Assembly: GCA_002189035.1 (NCBI GenBank)
Contig: NEEC01000018.1
Coordinates: 1,798,001-1,862,000, forward strand
Direction of reading: 5' to 3'
From: Utricularia gibba
Lineage: Eukaryota > Plantae > Magnoliophyta
Length of the DNA: 64,000 nucleotides
Shown: positions 11,623 through 22,752 of the stretch, in pieces
How the letters are laid out: each line of letters begins with the position of its first letter
Numbering within the stretch: position 1 is the stretch's first letter
Notes under the pieces: model-generated
The model's input: only the letters and a program-made list of their open reading frames with translations
Told to the model about the DNA's origin: nothing
Databases searched by the model: none
Position numbers and translations under genes: made by a program

Positions 11623-12032
11623 AGAAGTTCTGCTCCAAGCTTCTGCCATGGCAATAGCTGTAAGTGATACAAAAATATAGGCTTCATTCAGCCCTTGATT
11701 TGGTGTGGATTCTACTGCTTTAAAAAGGAGTTCATGCAATCAAGACGCTATCAGAATCTCAGTGGCAAGCCATACCGTGGAGGCAAATAAGTTTCACTTC
11801 TGAAACTCGTGTCAACACTGAGGTCCTGTGTAGCATCTCAAGTTTTCAAGACATAGAAGTGTATTTTTGCAATTTTATAACTCACTTGGTTATGATTACA
11901 CACATACATTTTATAAACATCTGTCGGAAGAGCTTATGTACACGAACCTTCAAAAACCATGAAGTGGAACCTTGGGGCATTAACAGTCCTCATCTTGAAA
12001 GGGAGACTTTCAACAAGTGAGCTGATTGATTG

Positions 12033-15000
12033 TCATAATTTAGAATGCAGTCGCCATGGGCAACCACCCTCGAAAGCTTGTTCGAGCACATCCTCCACTC
12101 GCCTTGCAAGAATGATCTGTTTTTGGGAAAATTCACCAACAGTGCTGTCAGTGAGACGCCAACAGCTGAAACAGAAGCAGTTATGGATCGATAATTTTAC
12201 CTCAAGACTGGACAGAACATGGGATGGAACCTCGACCAAGTCCTTTAGGTTCCTTTCTGGTAGAATAACTCTCTTGATACCATAACGATGGGCAGCCAAC
12301 ACCTGCACAGCAATCCAAAAATGATTACACTGTTTGTTGGTGGGAGATCGTTTCAGTCAGGTATGTTGGCAGTAAGTCCTAATAACACGCATAGGAATCA
12401 GGTTCAAACCTTATCCTTGATGCCGCCTACTGGTAAAACTAAGCCCCTCAAAGTCATCTCTCCAGTCATTGCTGTATCACCCCTCACTCTTTTCTGACTG
12501 AATAGAGAAACTAGCGAGGTAACGAGAGTCACGCCAGCTGATGGCCCATCCTTTGGAACTGCCCCAGCAGGAAAATGGATATGAATATCTCTACCTTCAA
12601 TAAGATTGCTTGCTTCGAAACTGGCCAATTTGAGTTCTGTTGCTTTCGACCTCACCTGCATTTGAAGAATAAAAGATATTGACTTCATTCGCTGAAAAAG
12701 ACTCCAACTGACTGAAGATCAAGAAATTTAGCCTTATAAAAAACGAAGCATCTTTTTTTATTAAAAAATGATGATTACCCATGTCAAAGCAATCTGTGCT
12801 GATTCCTTAATCACATCCCCCAACTGGCCAGTTAAGTGTAGATCACCTTTTCCGACCATTGCAGTAGCCTCGACAAATTGAACCTCCCCGCCAAAGACTG
12901 TCCACACCAATCCAACAGATACACCCGGGGTAGCCACTCTGTCAGACGTTTCTTTGTCATCATATCTTGGAGGCTGTTGATGAAGTCACATAAAAATTCT
13001 ACTCAATTTACCATAAAGAATATGAAAACGCCAAGTGGGAAAATAGAATAGAAAGAAAACAAAACGAATACTTGCAGACAGGAAATTTCCCATCGTGTAA
13101 CACTACTCACCCCCAGCACTTTCTCTACCACAGCTTCATCAACAGTGAATACCGAGTTGAACCTAAGAGCACTTGATATTTCATGGTTGTTCACACCAAT
13201 TGGTATCACTTCCATTTCAACCTCAGCCTCATCAGCAAGTCTGCCTTCTAACAAGGGTGTAGCTAGGGGTTGAACATCTCTGCTAACTGTCACAGCATGG
13301 TCTTGCTCAGCAACCACGACTGCTGCAGCACGTGCTAATGCAGCTAGGTTTCTTTCTAGGTTACGTACTCCAGCTTCTCTCGTATATCTTTGTATGATGA
13401 TTTTCACCATAGGCTACAAAATGTGGATTGTAATGTATCAATATATGAAAATAAACCTTGAGAAAAGCGAAAAAGAACTCAGATTGTAACTTAGATTTTC
13501 ATCTCTTAGATCTTCCTATTTGTTGAACAAAATGGTTTGAGTTCACTCACATTAACAGTTATGCCTAAGTTCCTTATATGGCAACCAACTATGGTATTGT
13601 AATTCATAACAATTTGTTAACTAAAATAAGACAGCTTCAATACCTCAGGAATTTGGAAAAAGTTAGAGTTCAGCCCATGTTGATCAAGAACTCGTGGAAG
13701 TAGATGCTTAGTAGCAATTCTGAGTTTCTCTTCAGGTGTATACCCAGGAAGTTCAATGACTTCCATCCTGTCCAAGAGTGCCGGAGGAATAGGTTGTACT
13801 CTATTTGCAGTCGCCACAAAAATAACCTTTGAAAGGTCGAACGGCACATTTAAATAGCTAAAGGCATCGATTAAGGATCATCAAGAAATATGCCCATGAA
13901 AAACAGTACTAGGCAATGCATACTTTAAAACATCAATCAGCCCTGCATATTTCTCCAAGAACCGATAATATAGTAAAGATAAGCAGAGCAGAAATAAAAC
14001 TCATTTATAAATCACATGGTTGAAAGGGAAAATAGAGCAGATAAGACTTGAAAAGAGAATCTGTGAAGTTTGAGAAGGCTAGATGCAGGATACTGATCGT
14101 TGAATGTTTTGTTCTGTTCAGGATCAAGGACCTCAAGTAGTGCTGATGCAGGATCTCCTCGAACATCAGAGCCAGTTTTGTCAATCTCATCAAGCAGCAT
14201 GACAGGATTGTGAACTCCCACTCTCTGAAATTGAAATGATATCATCAAATGCTCTACAAAATAGGATAATTCTCTCATGAATTTTCAAAATGCTTTTTTT
14301 TTTTTTTTTCCAGTGGAGAAGTTCTCTATTCAAGGGTAAAGGTTTATGCATAGTGCGGGAAATCAGTGAAAGTAAATATCTGTTCATTGTGTAAGAATCC
14401 TAAAAACAAGTAAAAAATAAATTCGAGTTATATGGGTGACTATTTCACAAAAGTTTCAGCAGTGAAAGTGTAATAAAGGGTAAATGGACACATTCACTGC
14501 CTAGCAAATTAGGGAATATACAGAACAAAGTGGCACCTTTACTCCATCAATAAGACGCCCAGGCATACTCCCAATATAGGTACGTCTATGCCCTCGTATA
14601 TCTGCCTCATCCTTGACACCACCTAGGGATATGCGGACAAACTTTTTCCCCAAGGCAGCAGCTATAGATGTTGCCAAAGAAGTCTTACCAACACCAGGTG
14701 GACCAACAAAACACAACACTGGGCCCCTTGCATCTGGTTTTAACTGCAATTAGAAGTGGATTCATTAACTAGGATAAAAAAATAATCAAGAAACATCACA
14801 TAAGAAACTAAAAAGATCTCAACCTTTCGAACAGCCAAATATTCGATTATGCGCTGCTTAACCTTGTCTAGACCATAGTGGTCAGCATCAAGACGCTGCT
14901 TTGCAGCCTTTAAGTCCAATTCCTGCAATTCACTGGCCTTTTGCCATGGAAGGTCAGCAAGAAGTTCCAGGTATGTGCGAGAGCTACTATATCCAGGCTG

Positions 15001-17332
15001 CTGGGGCTGCATTTTTTCAATCTCCTGGCAAAAGAACAAATTTGAAATAAAACTTGACAAATGTTATATATCTGACATGATTCTATGCCGCATAACTGAA
15101 ACAATATTGTGTTTCCAAGAGAAATAGACAAACAGGTTTGGCAATGGTGGAAATTGAGAAATGGTACCTCAATTCTCTCTGTGCGTGTTTCCAGACATCT
15201 TCTGGCATACCTGACTCTTGCATTTTCCTCTCAAGAGCAGCCAAATCATCCTCCTCATCATCATTATCACCGAGTTCTTCCTTTATTGCTCTCATCTGGT
15301 ACATGCCTCAGGATCAGTAAGATTCATGTATGAAATCCGAATCTACATACAACACAGAGTCCTGAACGTGTAGAATTAATTTCCCAAATAAATGCAAAGC
15401 ACATTCACATGATATATACAAGACCAAGGAAAGCAGGAAATTGGCAATACGATGAAATGACTGTTGTCCAGAAAAGGAAAAGGAGGTCAATGCAGCACCA
15501 AACGAATGTAAATGGAAATGTTGAACCATTCAGATTCCCAATTGCAGTAGTGAAAAAGACAAATAAATCATACAAAAACAAGAACTTAACATCATTTGAA
15601 GCCAGGTCATAAAGAAAAATATGTAACATTAAACCTGCTGCCGGAGAAGAAACTCTTTCTGTGACTTTGACAATTGTCCCTCGACCTTCTGAGTGATTTT
15701 TTCTGCTACACGAATCGACTAAAGAAAGCAAAATAGTATTACTTCAAAGGTAGCTAGAAACCTAAGAGACCTCACCAACCAAATAAATGTACCTGTAAAT
15801 GCCTGTCAACCAATTCAGTTGCTTTTGAAACTCTGGCTTTTACATCAACAGAATCTAGCATCGACAGCTGCTCCTCAAAACTTATTTCGAAACTTGCAAC
15901 AAATATATCAGCTAATTTGTGGACAGGGACTGTTTCCAGGAGAGCTTTAGTCCTTCCGCCTGTTTTTTGTTTCTAGATGCAAAATTTCGCATTTAATGAA
16001 AAAATAGCAGCCTCTAAAACATGGAATGAAATTTATCACTTGAGCACCAAGACTTGCAAAGGAAATACTCTGCCTAATACATACTAAAATGCCAAGTACT
16101 ACCTGCTCAAGTACAGAAACAAGCTCCAAAGCTACGGCTTTGAATTGTCTGGACAATGCTACAAATTCAGGATCTTGTTCAACTTCATCCATTTCTAAAA
16201 TGAAAGAAATAAGCATTATATATAGAAATGTGATCTAGAAAAATGCAAATATTGTGAGGATGACCGGATAAGGAATTAAGAAGCATAGAAGACAATCTCT
16301 TAGAAAATGTATACTTGTTTCAGGAAATTCTATTTGATAGGCAGTGTTCAGCTTAAGTTCTCAATCATGGACTTGGCAGACAAAGTGCTACAGCATGCTG
16401 AGTTTACATATATTTCTGACTGTATTTACTGCCACGCAAGACAACATTAGAAATATTTGCCTGCTCTAGTAATATCTAGTGGTATGATTTTCGCTGTGTA
16501 GTAAGTTCCCCTTGTGCTAAGATCCTGTACACTAAATCTGCACAGGCCTTCAAGAACAACTATATAAGTAACTCTTCCACTCGGTTTCTCCACTCCACGT
16601 GAAAGATGCAAAGCCCTGGCGGCAACTCCCCTGTGAACAAAAGAAAAAGTAGATGAAAAATCACTGACATCATCTGCTACTGAGAATTTTCTTCTGCAAT
16701 AATGATATACCTGCTGTGCCAGTGAATTACTTCCTGCTGGTTCTTACCACCATTCTTGTAAGAATGAGATGTATCCACTTGATTATTCTTAGAGTTTCTA
16801 TCCACTGCTTGAGTTCCCAAGCCTTCAAAGAATGATGCAAAACAGATCACCGTAAGAAGCCATGAGAATTCCCATTTAACATCCAAATTTCCTAACCAAA
16901 ACATAATCCAAAAACAGGATATACAAAGTCCAGTGGATCAACAGGGTCATATTTTAGAGTCCAACAGATGTCAAAAGGCCAAAACTTTGGAGTCAAATAT
17001 CTCATCACGTGTTCCATTAATCACCTGGAGACAACATAGGACCAGCAGAGGAAAACTCCGCAGCGGCATCACGCACAGGAAGAATACCAATTAGTCCATT
17101 TTCTTCCCTCTGCCATAGCTCTTGTTCCACCAACTTGACACTAACATCCGAAACATTCAAAACTCATAAAAAGAACCTGACAACAATTACGCGACACCTG
17201 CACACCTACAAAATCCGCAGTTTACCTGCTAGTCGAAGTGCACCGTATACGAATTATAGCTCCAGGCAACAAGACCTTGTTCCTGAAGGGAAGAATTGCG
17301 ATTCTATTCGGCAGTTCCACCGATTCCGCCAT
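12033..17332 (-). CDS. LON2: Peroxisomal Lon protease 2
   Basis: [25 protein letters not shown]-terminus, Walker [16 protein letters not shown], catalytic PKDGPSAG, C-terminal PTS1 SKL*. Confidence 0.95.
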
Positions 17333-17546
17333 ATCAGACCTATGTCTCCCTCACCGAAACCGAAAGAAAAGAAGCGCACAATCCGATGCAATCGGATTCC
17401 AATTAGAAGTTCGCCATATAATCATAGAAGTTCGAAAACGAAAATCCAGAACCGAAGAACGCAGAGAGAACCAGAGCCTCTAAATAATCTCCCATACTTG
17501 CATACAATTTACCATCGTGTATGATATGCGTCACTCGCATGACATT

Positions 17547-17650
17547 TGACCGTTTGTTCCTTCTTGCGCGTATTCTCACGCGCTATCATCGCCCACCCGA
17601 TAGTGACCGTTTGTTCATCCTCGTCCGTACCCACACGCGCCCTCGCTCCT
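17547..17650. repeat. Imperfect 57-bp tandem duplication in the LON2 promoter (TGACC + CGCG boxes)
   Basis: TGACCGTTTGTTC is identical at 17547 and 17604; each copy is followed by CGTA and CACGCGC at matching offsets. Confidence 0.7.
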
Positions 17651-17988
17651 AACAGGCCCCACCCCCAATCAATGACCTTTTTTTTTGGATCATTAAAATG
17701 ATGATATTCCTTCAGAAAAAAATTAACACATTCAATTTTAATTAAAACACAGTTTTTTTTCTTTTTATTTTCCTACAAAATGCATGTTTTTTTTTCAAAT
17801 CTTTCATTTTCGGATAAAATAAAAACATCCCCTTCCATTCTTCTACAAACCCAAACAATGCAAAAATTATTGAACAAAACCAGAAGAGAATCATGATTGA
17901 AAGGTACGATGGTGAAGCACAGTGACAGGTTTTCGCAGCCAAGAGGGATGAATAAGGATACAGGCTCCGAGCATTCAGTTACCTGAAA

Positions 17989-18357
17989 ATGAGAAAGGAT
18001 TGTTTGAGGCAGACGACTGGAGGAGCTTTGGATGAGTTCCCCTAAGCTGAGCACCAGAGTGTGACAGAACAGGTCACAGAGGAAGAACTCACTGTACATG
18101 GGGCTTCTAAAACAGATGGAAGTCAGCCAAGAGAAGGTAAAGTTGAAGCATGAACAGCTTCATCTCTTGGGATCACTACATCAGGCAATCAGGAGAAGCA
18201 AGCAGCAGAATTGACCAAGAAGCAGGACGCTAAAGAAGACTATTCAGCAATCCTTCATTCCAAGCTTCATTTGGAAGAAGATGATGTCCTCCAGAAACTA
18301 TCAGTCATTACAAAGAAAACGGTGTTGAAAACTGCCTCAGCAACAATGCATAACTAA
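17989..18357 (+). pseudogene. Possible decayed coding fragment (123-codon frame with 2 internal stops); family not recognised
   Basis: One frame from ATG 17989 to TAA 18355-57 is interrupted only by TAA 18043 and TGA 18151; E/K/Q/T-rich, purine-rich strand. Confidence 0.25.
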
Positions 18358-18457
18358 TGTTATTTCGGCTCCCCAGTACGGTCAACCCTGGCCTCCGGAA
18401 GAACTGAGCATGTGAAAATGTCCCCAGAAACCGCTTCACGCCGTGAATAGCCCCAAC

Positions 18458-18736
18458 TCAGGAATGCACCGGAGGAGGTGACGACTCGGATTCAGTAGTC
18501 GGCTTCCGGAGGGTTTCAATCAATTCGCCAAGCTCCTTGCGTGCAGATTCCCTACCGAACATGAATCCATACCTCCAACGAAAAAAAGTAAAAGCGCCTT
18601 CACAAATCAGTAGGTGAAATCGAAGATTGAAAATCACCGAACAAGAAATAGGAGCACGAGAGTGATACCAGCCCGAGACCGCGGAGAAGACGGCGGCGGT
18701 GCCCACCGTCTGTATTAGGGTGAAGCTCTTCTGCAT
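18458..18736 (-). CDS. Conserved uncharacterised 60-aa plant small protein (one hydrophobic segment), two exons
   Basis: MQKSFTLIQTVGTAAVFSAVSGW|YGFMFGRESARKEL resembles a small conserved plant family I recognise. GT-AG intron 18573-18668; TATA-like TATATAAA at 18830-18837. Confidence 0.75.
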   Translation of the reverse strand: MQKSFTLIQTVGTAAVFSAVSGWYHSRAPISCSVIFNLRFHLLICEGAFTFFRWRYGFMFGRESARKELGELIETLRKPTTESESSPPPVHS

Positions 18737-18849
18737 TTTCCGATTGGTAATTCCCCGACCCAACCCTTCCCCTTCTCAACATCCCCGAGGTGGGCCCCCA
18801 TACCTTTTAATTATTACAAAAACTCGCCTTTTATATATATTTGTTTTAT

Positions 18850-21017
18850 TTAAATAAAAAGCAAAAAATTAGCCTCTTTTTCCATGGACCGATTAGTATA
18901 CACTACTATGTATGTGAACAGCCCCTGAAACTCAGCGTGGCTTTGCTCGTCTTGCTCTGAGCATTCTTCTCTGCCTTGACCCTCAATATCAAACCTGCCA
19001 AGAAAACCCCAAGTCCTCATCAGTTCAAAGAGAACCCACTGTAGATTCAGAAGGATCGGCGATGCACTCGATCCAGAAAACAAGAGTTCTGATATGCGGC
19101 AATGATGGGAACTTGCCTGAGTAGGCTGAGATGTATGTCCAGGAACGAAGGTACCAGCAGCCATTCTTGTATGTTTCGAGCTGCTTGGAGGGTGCCTATC
19201 AGTGCTAGTCATTGACTCTTCTACAGCTTGCTTTAAGATCTCCACAACCTGGCTCATCGCCGGCCGGTCTCTCGGATTTTTGCTCAAGCATCTGTCAGCC
19301 AGCTGCGCGATCCTCCTTGCGGTCTTCAGGTTGTATGTGTTTCGCAGATGTGGATCCATGATCATGCAAAACCGGGTGCTTTCAGCAGGGAACTGCTTCA
19401 CCCATTCCAGCAGCTTTTGCTCTGCTGATGGGAGATCTCTCTCCAGTGTGCGTCTTCCAGTGAGTATCTCGTATAGCACAACTCCGAAGCTGTAGACGTC
19501 GCTCTTGATCGACAGTTGCCCCGTCTCGATGTATTCCGGGGCTGCGTACCCCTGAGTCCCGACAGGCTACAAAGAAGAGAAAACACCAGGACTAAGATAA
19601 CTTGTAGGGAAACTTAAGGTGTAAAGAGTGTTTCTTGGCAATTCTGGACTCACTGCAGTAGACACATGAGTCCGGTCGCCGGTTGGCCCTTCCCTCGCCA
19701 AACCGAAGTCCGAGAGTTTGGCGTTGAAATCCGTGTCCAGTAGAATATTAGAGGATTTGAAATCTCGATATATCACCTGAGGAAACCGGAAGCAGATATC
19801 GAATAAAGCAGCAGCTTGTCACGGAGGAATCACAGGATGAAAGATCAAATCTTGAAACAGAGCTCATGATGCTACCAAAGTTGATGCACTCAGGTTCAGT
19901 TCAGGTATAAAAGCAGAGACTGTGATGCAGAATCACTTCCAAACAGCACCCCAGGTGATTATATTTACATAAGTTCCACAATGAGAGGATCATCTTATTG
20001 AAAAAAGTATCTTTTCTCGCAGAAAAACAGAGAGTATCGTGTTTGATGTGGAAAGGGGGTGTGGATCAACAGCGAGATTCAACAATGAAGTACCTGTTTT
20101 TCCAAGCCCTCGTGGAGATATGCCATTCCTTCAGCAGCCCCAAGTATAATGTTAAGTCTGGTTATCCAAGGGATCACAGGGACAGAGTGATTAAAGAGAT
20201 GATCTTCCAAGCTTTTATTGGGCATATATTCATATACCAACAGTCTTTGAATCCCTCGTTCTCCATCTGTGGCACAGTATCCTAAAAGCCTTACAAGATT
20301 TGGATGACGAAGAACTCCCAGAAACTGCACCTCTGTAACCCACTGCTTATGACCCTACACGGTATATGATCAAACAATGATCAGCCAAATTGATCTGTGC
20401 ACCGCATCTGTAGCTGTGAAATGAAATCCTAAGTATCTAGTCCATGAAATGATGAATTGCCACAGCATGAGATTCTGTAAAGCTGAGAGCTTTTAACTAT
20501 AAATCACAAGAAACACCAGAATGAGGGTTATGCACCCTAAATTTCCAAGATTCACGACACTTTGGAATAACTTCAAGCAACCCAGAGAGTGATCACGGAG
20601 TGGGTACTCCGCAAAGGGGCATGATGATATCAATATGGATCATAAAATACCTGAAATCCTCTAGTATTGAGCTTCTTGATGGCGACAATTGTTGGAGGAC
20701 CTTGACCATTTTCTGAATCAATTGAACCCTTGTACACGCTCCCAAAACCGCCTTCCCCGATCTTAAGCAACCTGCTAAATCTGTTGGTAGCTTCTGCAAG
20801 CTCCACCAAAGAAAACACCCTTAAGTTTTGCTCCCTCTCTTTGTAAATTTCTGAAAAACTGCGCCCTGTAGGCAGGGAACCAGTAGATTTAGCAGCACGA
20901 TTAGGCCTTGAATCAGCATTACTCTTTTTCCTCAACTCAGGGGCAGTTTTCCCCTGACCCCCCTGCTACTGTCTTCTTCTGCGACTTACTCCTGAACCCC
21001 TTAAAACACATCATCAT
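18850..21017 (-). CDS. PBL19: Receptor-like cytoplasmic kinase VII (PBL19/PBL20-like); frameshift near 5' end; 3' end uncertain
   Basis: [58 protein letters not shown]. The N-terminal MMMCFKGF is out of frame at the C6 run 20958-20963. Confidence 0.85.
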
Positions 21018-21931
21018 TTTTCAGGGATCACAGCTTCAAGATTTCACCTTTTCGCCAGAAAAAAAGAGAAACAAGATGCCCAGAAACATAAAACCCAATT
21101 CCCCTGCCAAAAAAGCAAAAAAAAGGGATCGAATCAAGACACCCAGACAACCAACGAGTACAAAAAACCCAGTTTTCCTTGATCAACAAGAAAGACTGAG
21201 GATTTGAATTGAAAGCACAGAATGAACAAAATCGAAGGGAAGACGCGTGTGCAAGGTGTGCACGGAATAGAGGAAGCGCGTGTGAATAAGGTATACTGTC
21301 TTGACTGAAAAGAGGTGGAAGTAGTAGACCGGTAAAGAAACCCACGGAGATGCTTCGGTAATCATCGAGATGCCTGCCATTGACGGAATGCATCATCCAA
21401 CGTGAACAAATAAGAGAAGTCTTTTACTCTTCCACTGATTCCCTTTTTCCCTTGCTGTGGGGAAATGCTTCACATCTGTTGAAGTACAGGAAGAGGCAGA
21501 GACTGAAGCCACCCGTTCACACTCTTTCAGACACAAACAAACCTAAACAAATATTACACGCAATAAATCCATTTTTATTTAAAAAATTTGTAAACAAAAA
21601 AATCATGAACTACCAACGAACGGTTCAAATTTTGTACGATTTCACCATAATTAAATCGTGATTGAATTGTTCATTTTTTTAAAAAAAATAAAAATTTAAC
21701 ATAAGTAATTTTTTTATTTTTCGAAATATTGAATAAGTGCAATAATAATTTAATTGGGATAGTTTATTTAAAATTATTGAAATCGGGTAAGTTAACCTCT
21801 AGCGTTAAGAAATTCATTAATTTTCATAAATATTCGTATCTTAGATTGTTAAATATTTTATATTGAGATCATAAAAATATTAGAATTTAATTCAATCTCT
21901 AGCATAAATAGTTCATAATTGAAGACATTCA

Positions 21932-22182
21932 GGCCTTGTTTATTTGATATGTTTTAGGTATGAATGAGTTTAGATTATTTGAATTTAGTTAAACCCAAAT
22001 ATGTGGGAATAAAAATACTCATACCCACACTTGAATATACATATATTTATATATAAGAGTATTCTATGGATATAATGATTATTATACTCATATATAAAGT
22101 ATAATTATACATACATATCAAATAACACAATTTTATTAAACTTGCCACAAACCAATCTTATACCATCGTACCAAACAAGCCC
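21932..22182. mobile_element. Degenerate Tourist-like (PIF/Harbinger) MITE, about 250 bp
   Basis: Ends GGCCTTGTTT and AAACAAGCCC form an imperfect TIR resembling the Tourist GGGNNTGTTT(GG) type; AT-rich interior; TSD imperfect (TCA/TCG). Confidence 0.45.
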
Positions 22183-22752
22183 TCGGTGTACCCATGACTC
22201 CTACTATGAAAAAGCAGAATAATTTAGAAACATGTTAACTACTACTTTCTCTTTACACGCTTAGTCAAAACATTTATATTTAGTGTGACCATTTTTTATA
22301 AAATATCAGACGCATGACCACTTTTCTAAATTATCCCAGAAAACTATATTTTTTTCGATTTTTCAAACACTCATCTAACCACGTTCAAATTATATTAAAT
22401 TTTTCTTGTGTGTGCAATTATCACATCTATATATAATAATTAATTAATTAAAATATTCTGTAGAAAAGAAAAGTAAACTGAAGTCTAATTGGCGCATGGC
22501 CCAGGTCTACAGATTAAAAGGAAAGAGTATTATTGCGTCATAACGTATTTAATTTTAATTTATGGTAAGTGTTTAATAAACATTTAATAATTAGACAAAA
22601 TTAAGTTGATTGTGTTCGAAAGTCAAACATGGCCGTGAATTGCGGAAATGGGGAAAGCGTAGTTTTCACTTCCCCGGAAAAATGCCAAAACTGCACTGCT
22701 TTCTGGCTCCAAAGCCACACCGCTGGCCTCGTCGTCTCCATCGCATTCCATA

